Of a DNA stretch of 64,000 bases, positions 36,653-47,501 are shown piece by piece; the stretch's first letter is position 1, and each line of letters starts with the position of its first letter. The position numbers and the translations under genes are program-made. Location: assembly GCA_002189035.1 (NCBI GenBank), contig NEEC01000012.1, positions 2,356,001 to 2,420,000 of the forward strand, in the 5' to 3' direction. The notes under the pieces were generated by a model. That model did not search any database. It was not told the origin of the DNA and was given only the letters and a program-made list of their open reading frames with translations. The stretch comes from Utricularia gibba (lineage: Eukaryota; Plantae; Magnoliophyta).

Positions 36653-38527
36653 CTAATGCGGAGTCTTACTCTTAGCCTTGGTAGGAATTCTCCCATAAGC
36701 CATGAGTCTGGAGCGGGATAACTTAAGTTGAGCTTGCCGACGTTTCCTCATACTCTTCCTCGATGTTGCTGCCCCCTGACTCTTGGGTTCATTAGGCTGT
36801 GAAGCAGCACTATCCCCAGCCTGCGTTGCCTCTCTGATGCCCTTGGTGTTGCGTCCTACTTTCCTTCCATGCTCAGTAAGTAACTTTTTCAACTGGAGAG
36901 TCTGGATTCGGGGCACCTTCCATTCCTTCTCCTGGTATGGAGCCAGCTTCTTCAAAGACACGTATTGATTCAAATCCTTATCGTCCATTGTCAAAACCAT
37001 TTCTGGGGTCAGTCCATATCTTTTCGCCTTGACGGGTTTGTACTTGAATCTAGTTTTCAAGTCTCCTATGGTGTCCTCGTAATCAAGCTTGTAGTACTCC
37101 TCCATCAATTGCTCTCTAACAACCTTCTCAAACTCACTTGGCTTCCGCTTTCTCTTCCGTTTACCCTGATCCTGACTACCTTCAGCGTCATCTAGTGTTC
37201 CATCATCTTCAATGTTTTTCAAAATTCTTTCCCTGGCAGATAAGAAGCCTTGACCAGAAGATTCCAGATCATCGAAATTTTTTGGAAGCCCAAGCAACTC
37301 ATCCTCCTTATCAAAGTCCGGTTTCGCTAATTCGTTGTCATCATCATCATCACTTCCCAACCTCAAATCTGCATCCTCTGCATTGTAATAACTATCACCA
37401 AAGGCCTCCATCATTCTCTTGTCATATTTCTCAGGGTCAAATTCATCTTCTAGATCATCCTCATCCAAAAACACAGTTTTGTTACTCTCAATGCCTGCAA
37501 CCTCCCTGATTTTCTCCAGTTTCTCATTTATTTCCTTCTTCTTCAAGTTTTTCAATCTTTTCAGCTCTTCCTTCCTCTCTTGTTCAGCCAATGCTATTCT
37601 CTCGTCTTTCCTCTCTCTCTGTGACTTTCTTGCATTATCCTTCTTCCTCACAGAGCCCTCTACCTTCCTTGAATGTCCCATAACCCTATCCCCTGCATTC
37701 TCCTCAAACCGAAAATTATACTCACGCTCGTAGTCTTCCTGCTTCTCTATGTACTCTTCCTCATCGGAAAGCCCAAAATCTTCAACATCCTTGCCTTTCC
37801 CATCATCACACCACATTCTATCACGGAAGTAACCCTTCAGAAACAAATTGTCTGCATCCAGCTTATCATCTTCCCCAAAAAATTTATCCAACTTGTCCCG
37901 GAAGTAATGATCATCGTCAGCATCCTCGACATCCATATTTCCGCTATTTTTAACTTGGAAAAGGTCTCCTTCTTCATCATCCCCCTCTTGGGCATCGGCT
38001 TCAAAAAACTGTCTTCTTAAATCCTCTTGCTCCTCTGCGTAGCTCTTCACCTCATTCTCCTTCTCACCATGACCATGCGGATGGTCATTGTCTGTTTCTT
38101 CGTCGCCAAATTCAGGACCTTCCTCTAGTAAGTGCTTGGAAACAACATCTTTCAAATACATAGGTTTTTTCGTTTGCTCTTCACCTTTTCTCTCGTTACC
38201 ACTGTCAGCATCACTTTCTGTTTCAGAATCAAACAGGTTGGCGTCCTTATCAGCCAAAAGAGGATCTTGCATTTTCACCTTAATCAAGGCATCGAAGAAT
38301 TTGGAATCCTTCTTCTTACTCGGTTTCATCAATTCACCATCTTCAGATGAGGATTCATCAGAATCTGTCTCTGAAGAGCTAGCCATGCCACGCCGTTTTA
38401 GCTCCTCATACTTTTGCAGCGCCTCTCTATTTTTGTTGTAATCGTAGCGCTTGGCGAATTCGTGGTCGATCTTGATTTCAGCATCCAGCTCCGCGTCATC
38501 GTTCTCAAAGAGCTTTAATGGACCCAT
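36653..38527 (-). CDS. KRI1: KRI1-like 40S ribosome biogenesis protein (single exon, 624 aa)
   Basis: IKID.EFAKRY.YNK.RE.LQ, YEREYNFRFEE, SR.VEGSVRK....RK..R, EEYYKLDYEDTIGDLKTRFKY..V....YGLT....L..DDK.LNQYVSLKKLAPY. Confidence 0.93.
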   Translation of the reverse strand: MGPLKLFENDDAELDAEIKIDHEFAKRYDYNKNREALQKYEELKRRGMASSSETDSDESSSEDGELMKPSKKKDSKFFDALIKVKMQDPLLADKDANLFDSETESDADSGNERKGEEQTKKPMYLKDVVSKHLLEEGPEFGDEETDNDHPHGHGEKENEVKSYAEEQEDLRRQFFEADAQEGDDEEGDLFQVKNSGNMDVEDADDDHYFRDKLDKFFGEDDKLDADNLFLKGYFRDRMWCDDGKGKDVEDFGLSDEEEYIEKQEDYEREYNFRFEENAGDRVMGHSRKVEGSVRKKDNARKSQRERKDERIALAEQERKEELKRLKNLKKKEINEKLEKIREVAGIESNKTVFLDEDDLEDEFDPEKYDKRMMEAFGDSYYNAEDADLRLGSDDDDDNELAKPDFDKEDELLGLPKNFDDLESSGQGFLSARERILKNIEDDGTLDDAEGSQDQGKRKRKRKPSEFEKVVREQLMEEYYKLDYEDTIGDLKTRFKYKPVKAKRYGLTPEMVLTMDDKDLNQYVSLKKLAPYQEKEWKVPRIQTLQLKKLLTEHGRKVGRNTKGIREATQAGDSAASQPNEPKSQGAATSRKSMRKRRQAQLKLSRSRLMAYGRIPTKAKSKTPH

Positions 38528-38852
38528 CCTACCAATGGAAGATCACCAGAGCTAATCTAGATCACACTATCCAACTGGATGTTCTCTCAGAATCTCAGTC
38601 TTACTGCCCCTCAAATCCGAGAGTCCGGAACCCAAAAAGGCTAACGAGTAGCTCCACAGGACCTCCGTTTCTTAGATTCTAGTACGAAAGGCAAGGAAAC
38701 CACTGAACGAAGCGAGAAAAGTACCAAAGAGAGGAGAAACAGAGCCCTAACCGTCCCTTCTTCCGCCTTGCGCTCCAATCCAATTTCTCCAGAACACCGG
38801 AGGCGCGAGTGTCGCTTGATGAAGAAACAATGCATGTTTACATTTATCATCA

Positions 38853-38888
38853 GGCCCAAACCTGCATACCGCTTTATGGGCCAGCCCA
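38853..38888. promoter_or_regulatory. Three site II (TGGGCY) elements in the divergent KRI1/ERD2-like promoter
   Basis: GGCCCA 38853-38858, TGGGCC 38877-38882 and AGCCCA 38883-38888 lie in a 757-bp head-to-head spacer. Site II elements are TCP-binding motifs common in ribosome-biogenesis promoters. Confidence 0.5.
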
Positions 38889-39284
38889 TAAATGAATTTG
38901 GGTCTGAAGTTCATTAGAGAAAATCTGTACGGATGTGACTGGACATAATTACTTTATTATAGCACCCAGATAATACATTCATATAATTGAAAATTATTAA
39001 TTCTAAATAAAAATTTCTATTTTTGTAATATTTTTATGATTAATTAATTTAACTCATTTTAAAATATTTTAACCTAAAAAACATTATAAAATAATATAAC
39101 CTAAAAAATAATGGTTAAAATATTGAAAAAGGATAACGAAGAGCTACTGTTCCTCGATCTTGAATTCATCGTCTTCGAGGGGAGAGTGTTTCTTGAAGGT
39201 GTCGTTTTTTGCTCAGTTGCAGCAGCAAATCCTGGCGAGGGTCTTTTTTTGTTGGATCTTGTCTGGGTTTGTAAGCCTTGGAAT

Positions 39285-41675
39285 ATGAGACCACCGAGAA
39301 AGTCTGTCCAAGCCGTGACGTCATGGGTGAAGCGGCAACCTCCGAAGGTGAAGGGTTTTCTCGCCGTTGTAAGCGGCATGTTTGCCCTCGCTCTTCTCCG
39401 CGCAATCGTTCATGATCATGACAATCTCTTCGTGGTGGCGGAAATTGTGCACTCGATTGGAATATGTGTTCTCATTTACAAATTGATGAAGGAGAAGACC
39501 TGTGCTGGTAGGATATATGACTAATTCCTCGAAAATTTGTGTACCCTTTTCTTTCATTTGATGTTAACTGATGGCGCGTGGAGGTTTTTGAGGATACCGC
39601 CTAATTTGTGTGTCTCTGGAAAATAAAACTTCTTGTTTGTGAAGCAATTTTCTTGAGGAGTCGTGTTGTTCATTTTTTTGAGTGATTGAGGGACTAGAAA
39701 GTTGAGGAATTTGGAGATTTTTTTTCATGTAGAGGAGCTTGGCTGTCCCCAACTTTTTTCCTTTTTTTTGGTTATATTGTTATAGTTCTTTATCTTTGTA
39801 AGCGATTGGGGAACCAGAAAAAGGTTGGAATTTTGGAGGCGTTTGTTTCATATAGAGGTACTTGTTACGTTGGCTGGTCTATATTCTTTTTTCTTTCCTT
39901 CTAAATCAGGATTGTGATCTGTGTAGTTCTACTTTATGCTTTTCCTAGGAACATAATGTGATTATCATGATTATTAGCAGATGGGACTTTTTATCCTACT
40001 CCGACATGTAAAAATTGTTGACAGGGAGAAGATCTGGCGCATATTCTTACTTTTTGGGTAGCATACTAGATGAAAGACTAATATTTGCTCATCTAAATAG
40101 TATTTCGATTTTGTAGAAGTTAGAAGCCTCCATGGATGCGTGGTCATTTGATCTTGTTTGCGTCCTATGAAGTCTTTTAAGCCTCTGGTTGTTCTTATAT
40201 AATCTTGGTTTATTTCTTTCGTTTGAAATGTCATATAGCACATGATGTTGGACGGGAATACTATTATTTTTTCGCTTTTTACTGATGCAAGCCAGAGGTC
40301 TCAACTTTTTTTGGCAATTTTGCATGCTTTCCGGGACTTATCTGTTGGTAATTTTATTTTCTTCTTTAGTACAAACTTCAACTGCGAGTTCAGTGGTTTT
40401 TAGGTTTACTTTTTATGTTCCAAGGATGTCATATCAATAATTTAACATAATTACTTGTACTCCATAATTTTATGCACTGATTGTTTTTCCTCCATTTTTT
40501 GAGTTGTACAGGACTTTCACTCAAATCTCAGGAGCTGACAGCTATCTTTTTGGCTGTCAGACTCTATTGCAGCTTTGTAATGGAATATGACATACACACT
40601 ATTCTCGATTCAATCACATTGGCAACTACATTGTGGGTCATATATATGATTCGATTTAAACTTCGGTCGAGTTACATGGAAGATAAGGATAACTTTGCCT
40701 TGTATTATTTGGTAAGGCCTTGTAATGTCGATATTAGTATCGTTGTCAGCTTTTTTTCTCAAGTTTTCTATAGTTTCCACTCATTTTCCTGGTGAAAAGT
40801 ACATAGCACCTCAATACTTTGGCTTCCTGAATGTATAGTTGATAAGTGTACTTTTTGCAGATTGTCCCGTCCGCTGTTTTGGCCTTCTTAATTCACCCTT
40901 CCACGCAGCACTATGTTGTTAACCGTATGGCATGGGCGTTTGCCGTCTATCTAGAAGCTATATCCATTTTACCACAATTACGAGTTATGCAAAACACCAA
41001 GGTGTACATAACTGCAATGAGCCGTATTTTGTTTCAACACGTGATGAAAGTTAAATGCTTGACTAAAAAATGTTCTTCCGTTGGCAGATTGTTGAGCCAT
41101 TTACTGCTCATTACGTATTTGCACTGGGTGTTGCTAGATTCCTGAGTTGTGCGCACTGGGTTCTTCAGGTAATGATGCTTGAAATAATCTCCCTTTCTGG
41201 ATACATATATTTTCTATGTGGCGATAATCTCCCTTTCTGGAACCCATATGTAACAGAATTCTGTTTTGAGAATAAAATAAAGTTCACCTTGAGTTGGTTT
41301 CACCCAACACTTCAATCAAGCTCACTTCACAAAATCTAATGTTGGTGATGTAATCTGGTGCAGGTTCTTGACAGCAGGGGGCATCTCCTGGTGGCGCTAG
41401 GCTATGGATTTTGGCCGTCCATGGTTCTTATATCAGAAGTTGTTCAAACCTTCATCCTCGCTGACTTCTGCTATTACTACGTAAAAAGGTATGCAACATT
41501 CACCGTGTTATCTACTTGTGCGACATTGAGCTTGCTCTTTGTGCCAGCAATGTCGAGTGGTTTTTCTCCGTTATCTTCCCTTAGAAAACCCAGTCGTCAA
41601 TCAATTATCTCGTTTTATTGCCACAGTGTTGTCGGAGGTCAGCTGGTGCTGCGGCTTCCATCTGGGGTGGTGTAA
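39285..41675 (+). CDS. ER lumen protein-retaining receptor family, ERD2-related (ERP type)
   Basis: Six exons: WVKRQPPKVK.FL, DHDNLFV.AE..H.IGI.VLIYKLMKEKTCAGLSLKSQELTAIFLAVRLYCSFVMEYD, AF.VYLEAIS.LPQLRVMQNTKIVEPFTAHYVFALGVARFLSCAHW, QLVLRLPSGVV*. Confidence 0.93.
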
Positions 41676-42325
41676 TCTGTCTGCTCGAGACTTGAACGTG
41701 ATGTTTTCGTGGGACTTGCCGCATATCTTTCTAAGTCAAATGGTGAATTCGCTTTCCTCCTGTACTCTGAGGCTCGTGTTGTTTTGGAGTTCAACTTTTA
41801 TGGGAACATACATTTTCACGGTGTTGGTGTCGCCGGCAGACAGTGGAACCTCGGTGGGCTGGGTTGGTTTCCGAAGAAGAGAAGTGATGCATTTGAGGAT
41901 AGAGCGGACAGGTGTTCATATGTAGACAACATGGGGAGTGTAATGAATCGTTATTCATCACAAATGCATGTTACCGCTGCTTTTGGTCCCCCGACAACAC
42001 GTAAACATTAAAATCTAGCTCCTTGATGGAGTTGCAGGCATATTTGGTGATCCTCCCAGAACTGCTGGGGGGATAGCATACAAAAAATGTCCCACTTAAA
42101 CACGTAAGCTCCCAGCCCTGTAGATGATGCTGAAAATTGTTTGAGAGTAGGAGCTTTCAGAGGTTTATTACTTGCAGATTGCAGTCTTCTTTGAAGTGTA
42201 GTTCCAGATGATCTGGTGGAGTTGGAAGCAACCCTAACCAAAACTAAAACCAAACTAAAAGCTTCTGCACTCGTGCTACATGCTGCTACTGACTCATGCA
42301 ATTAGTCTACAAAATGGGCTTGAAT

Positions 42326-45123
42326 TCAATCTTCATTTTTACCGTGAATCAGATAAGAAGCCTCAGCACGTGCTTCCTCCAGCTTGGCAAGAAGTTCAAT
42401 CATGAATGCTGTCTTCGTCCCATAGTTTATTTTCAGTATGTCCCAAGCTTTTGTCAGTGACCTGACAGCTGCTTCCGTCTCTCCTAGAAACCTGAATTAG
42501 TTACAAAATTGATTTTAGCTAGAGCAGAAGAAAAGAGCTACTTGAGAAATCATTAAATGAATGTTGCAGGCCAAGCAAAAGATGCTCCACAAAAGATAAA
42601 TTACAAACCATTCGATCTTTCCACATGTATAATGTTGCAGGCCAAGCAAAGGGTGATGCCCAGGATATACTCCTGTGTTAAAAGACACAGAGAGCAATGA
42701 ATCATGGAGTAGAAAGAATTCCTGAGAAAAAGAAACAGTTCAACGCACTCTCGTAAACTGGCACTGTCAATCTGCAATATAAAATGGCTTGTTTCCAGTC
42801 CAGCAGCTCAATAAATATCTGAACATAACAGCGTTCAAATAAGGGCTCGACTGCAAGACAACTAGAGGAACCAAAAGAATATTTAACATAATATGAATGA
42901 ACACTCGAATGCTTCAATTCAAATGCATAACAAACAGTGAGAAAAATGAGGAATCCTGCAATACCTTCAGAAGAGTCTCCCTTGTCCGCATAAGAATGAC
43001 GGAAAATGGATGGTACAGTTTCATTTGAAAATCCTCTACCAATTTATAAGCCACACTTGCCTCGGGTTTATCTGGACTTTTTAAGGAGAAAATAATTCCA
43101 CCATGAGAATCCAATGCCTGAACCTTCTTAGTTCTGACATTGCCATCCACCTTGTGACATGTGGTTATAGAAACTAAAAAAACTAGAGGATACCCCCAGA
43201 AGAAAGTAATGTGGCGGCTTTGTCAGACAGTAGAAGCATCTCCTTGGTCATCTCCTTGATTTCTTCTTGTTCGCGAAGACTTCCACAGCTTTGGCATATG
43301 AATCCGATGCCAGCTATGGAAAAAAAGTAACTAGGTTGGAGCACGTCAATTGAACTTCTCATTGAAGATAAAAGAAAACGCATACTTGGCACACAAATGA
43401 GATATCCATCGCATTTCCCATCCTTGCATCTATAGCCTTCTAGAATTGCACTTTCTCGAATATCATCAGGTTGTCCCTTGAAACAAGAAATCATCCGCTT
43501 CATTGTATCAATGAAATGAAAATTATCTCCACAAGTAAGAATCAGAACCAGATCCATACCAGATGCATACAGCGAGAACAGGTGCAAGTAAAGAAGTACT
43601 GATCTTTGAGAGCCTTTTGCCGTGTTGCTGTGCTTCCAGCAATTTCTATGTAACTAATCAACACCTTCAGTAGTTCATGACATTTCTACGTTAAATTCCA
43701 TGTACACAAATATCATGCTGCTGAAAAACTGATCACCAAAAGCATTTACCTCGGAACCTTTCGGTATGAACTCTAAAGCTCGCACCATTGCCCGTCTTCC
43801 TTCAAATGAGAGAACAGAGTTCGGAGAACAGCTACAGCAGAAAAAGAAAAGGATCATTAGGTTAAGGGAGGATGAAAAATGAAATACCTTTACTGCAACC
43901 TGTGATTTATGATGGAAATGGCAGGATAAAGTCCAGTTCCTAGTGGATTTAGTTCCTCATCGCAGATGGTATGTGCATTGCAAGCGAGCTTCAAAACAGA
44001 AATAAACATTCTAAGACACATTTGATCACCAAAGCAGAATATATGAAAGATAGAAGCTGATAGAAAAGGTAATCTGGCACAATAACCAACCACCACGTCC
44101 TACTCATATCAGGTCAATTTTTTCTTGTACATTTTAGAAGCAATCTGTCAAAGCAACCCAGTAGAACCCAGATTAACTTTTCAAAACTCCAACGCATTTA
44201 TTCCAAGTCAGAAGTGGATTATACCCTTGAAAAGTTCTCAGCAATCTCTTTGATTTCGAATTCGGGGAACTGGAGTATCAAACTGACGAGGTTAGCCATT
44301 TGGGCATACAGCACAAGTAGTTTCTCATCAACATCAGAAAAATCTAAATGTGTTAAGAATATAATTCAAACATGTACAAATCCTGGAATGCACGTAAAAA
44401 CAAATAACTGCATTAGGATACGAGAAACCAAGGCTTCAATATTTCTGTAGCTTTCTGCCGCAGTAATCGGGTAAACCTGCAGGAACGAAACATGTAAATT
44501 TACGGGATGGTCTCCAAGTAACAAGATCAGTAATTGGGTCACCTTGGAAATCTCCATCTTCCGCCGCAGATAAAGTCTCACCATAAGGCGTATCGACGAT
44601 GTAACTGATTCCACTCTATCCTTGCCAAGTCTAGACAATGCCCGACATTCCGCAGAGTGCATTCTCCAATCCAATTTCTAGAAAGAGACCAAGAATCCAA
44701 CTGTGAGTGGCCTAGTAGTTAAATACATGACAGTCAAAAAAACATTCACTAAATTTTCTGATTTTAAAACTCTGATCTCGTTTACCTGACAACTGCTGCT
44801 GCAATAGTAGACAACCTTGCAAGCAGAACACTTCTTGACGGAGTTTGATGAAAAGCACCACTCGCACCTGGACTCGGAAGACTCTGTTTTCTTGTTTGGA
44901 ACAGAAACATACGGAATCTCGCTTATGATCAATTCTCCTGAGACAGAATAAACTCCACCAGTGTAAGAAAAACGTCATCGAGAAAAAATTGCAGAAGAAA
45001 AAACGCCGAAACACATTCCAAACCTGGTGAAAAATCACGGGTGGTAAAGAGGCAACGACCCTTCTCAGGGACCGTCGATATGCTCAAACATTTATCCTTC
45101 AGTTCCCTCAGGAATTCATCCAT
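42326..45123 (-). CDS. ASHR1: SET/MYND-domain histone lysine methyltransferase ASHR1/SDG37
   Basis: Fourteen in-frame exons: KGRCLFTTRDFSPGE, MYND finger C..C....KKCSACKVVYYCS..CQK.DW..H..EC, CNAHTICDEEL.PLGTGLYP.ISIINHSCSPN, post-SET YFFTCTCSRC, HPLLGLQHYTCGK.EW, KLEEARAEASY. Confidence 0.93.
43072..43193 (-). other. U12-type GT-AG intron in ASHR1 (122 nt)
   Basis: Donor GTATCCTCT at 43193; branch-like TTCTCCTTAA at 43090-43081, 9 nt before the 3' end; in-frame join SG/DKPE. Confidence 0.8.
44344..44421 (-). other. U12-type GT-AG intron in ASHR1 (78 nt)
   Basis: Donor GTATCCTAA at 44421; branch TTCTTAAC at 44359-44352, 8 nt before the 3' end; in-frame join LVS/HFSDVDEK. Confidence 0.85.
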
Positions 45124-45692
45124 AGCCGCCGGAGTTGGGTCGCCGTGCTACCGACTTGCAGCTTGGAAGGCGGAACCCATGAAATAAAACGAATTGAATT
45201 CCCAGGGTATTATTTTGTTTTAATTATTTATATTTTCATATATTTTTAAATTATTTAATATTAAATTCAACTATACAAAAATAAATAGAATCCAATTTAT
45301 AATTAAAAATATTAAAAATTACAAATAAAATTATTTTAAATATTAAAACATTAGGATACCAATCCTAACACATGATTTATTTTAATTCTATTACACAATT
45401 TTTATTTATTTAAATATATCATGCAAATATAATAATATTTTAAACACATATTTATAAAACTCGTCCATGAAACATGATTTTAGTCGTATAATACTTATCT
45501 ATCTAAACACAAATCATTCAAATGCCCTAAAAAGATTATCGATCACTTCTCCTAAATTATACACCTACCCAATCCTTGTATAAAGAACATGTCTTTGAAG
45601 GAGAAGGGAGGCTCTCTGCTATCATAGTGTTGTTTGACTACTCCCTATATTCACATCCTGGCATTTGCCTTCTCAAAACTCCAAAACAGGTC

Positions 45693-46609
45693 TCATTTCA
45701 GAAAGTGTGGATTGATCAGCCTAGCAATGTCATGAAGAGAGACCTGATCCCGGCCTCCAAGGATTCTTTTCAGTTTCTCATCACAGTGAACTAGCTTCTT
45801 GTCATTTGTATCCTGCAATGTAAACAACATAACGGTTGAAGATCAAAAGAAGAGGGTCGTCTCAATACAGAGGTGGGCAACTTCGTACGAGATGAACATG
45901 AATAAGAATCAGAATAGCTTCTGAAACTGAAAAGATGGATAACAGAAGGGAACTTGTGGATCACCATTTTAAGCGAGTTGCAATATGAAACAAGTAAATC
46001 ATATTCAAGGGTAACAGCAGTAGATAAATTTTACTGCAAAAGTGACTCGCACAGCTCCAGATACGAAACTATGGTTGTGTGATAAAAACTCAATCTTAAC
46101 CAGGACATATTTTGGGACTAAAAGAGTCCTAATTTGATAGCAATCACATGAAGCATCTTTCTAGCAGTCGCACAGCGAACAACAATTGCTACATAGTGGG
46201 AATGCCCTGAATCTGGCCCTAGTATGATTTCTGATTCTCATAAGCAGCATACAAAAAGTGACTAAAACATGCACTAGATAACAGAACAACCGAAGCGGCG
46301 CAAGTGCGAATACCTGAAGATTGTGAAGCTTGACGTAAGCCCAAATCTCCTTAACCGCCTGACCCTACCGATCTCTACCACGCCTCCAAGAAACTCCCGC
46401 ATTTCCATCGAAACTCGACGCGGCTTCATCACTCCTGTGCCACGTCTAACAGTCCCGGCAGCCGGCTTAGAAGCCGCCCGGATCATCAGCGCCGGAAATT
46501 TAACCTCTTTTCTGAGAGAAACTCTAAATAAAACACCTTTTTGAGAGATCTCATTAGCAAGAGGCTCCGCCGGAATTAAGCCGGAGCCGAAACGAAGAGA
46601 AATCGCCAT
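45693..46609 (-). CDS. Plastid-targeted SWIB/MDM2-domain small protein; apparent 1-nt frameshift in exon 1
   Basis: Exon 1 (46314-46609): transit-like N-terminus, GVMKPRRVS.EM..F.G..EI.R, then in the shifted frame QAVKEIWAYVKLHNLQ. Exon 2 (45693-45812): DTNDKKLVHCDEKLKRILGGRDQVSLHDIARLINPHFLK*. Not called as a spliced gene by the ORF track. Confidence 0.88.
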
Positions 46610-46709
46610 TTTCAAAACACCCGAGAAAGTAGAAAGTTCGTTAGAAACGATAACGGAGGCCGAATTCTAAATAAATCATTCACACGCGCGACCATCAGAT
46701 TCCAAAAAA

Positions 46710-46762
46710 AGCCCACATTATTCAATGGGCCAATAGCCCATCAGATTCCCTCAACAAGCCCA
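46710..46762. promoter_or_regulatory. Four site II (TGGGCY) elements 100-150 bp upstream of the SWIB gene
   Basis: AGCCCA 46710, TGGGCC 46726, AGCCCA 46735, AGCCCA 46757. Such a cluster argues for an active promoter. Confidence 0.55.
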
Positions 46763-47501
46763 TTTATCCTGTGCCCTAACATTTCCCTTAGTGTCAGCAC
46801 TGAAAGAACTAGTTTACATGCTTATCTTAATTGAATTTTAAATACCTTTTCGCAATGGATTAATTCACATTTTTACGTTTTTTTCGAGTCATCATTTTAT
46901 TTACATTATTTACCTTTCTTAATAATTATTAATCATCAAAATGAGAATGAGATATTTTGTACAATTTTTCAATTATAAAGGAAATCTTAACTAAAAACTG
47001 AAAATTCACATAGAGAGTTAAGTATATTTAACAAATATAGTAAACTTAAAACATAAAACATATTATTTACTTTATTTTTAATAAACATGTGTATTTGATT
47101 TAAACTTATCTAAAAATTATTACCATGTATTCACATTAAATAAAATATCTCACAACACCAAATCTATCCACCAAACATGTTCTAATAGGTTACAATTCAC
47201 TAACATAGTTTTTTGAAATTGTTTAGAATTATAGTACTAGAGAAAGTACAATTTATAAACTACCAACGAGGGGTGTTTAGGGTTTGTCTATTTAATTCTT
47301 AAGTAAATATATAAAATAGACATTATATAGCTTTTATTGTTAAAAATTTTTAAAACATGTATTGAATGATAAAAAAAAAAAAACAATAGGTTAAAATTAT
47401 CCGGATTCATTATGTGACTATCAACCATAATTTTGTTTCCTCGGATTGAAGAGGATAAGGATCAGTTTTCTGGTTTGATTATACGCCATGTTGTCTTCCT
47501 A

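Noticed and set aside
36783-38441. Many + strand ORFs within KRI1
   Set aside because: Antisense shadows of a D/E/K-rich exon.
42008-42301. 97-aa - strand ORF just after the ASHR1 stop
   Set aside because: Ser/Ala-rich with no homology cue; consistent with 3' UTR.
42673-42686. U12-like branch (TCTTTTAAC) at another ASHR1 acceptor
   Set aside because: Only about 4 nt from the AG and the donor is GTGCGT (U2-like), so it is not a credible minor intron.
2393-46609. Apparent light/clock/chromatin cluster (CHL27, LUX, HDA15, ASHR1, SWIB)
   Set aside because: Interspersed with unrelated housekeeping genes and no shared motif seen; ordinary synteny explains it.
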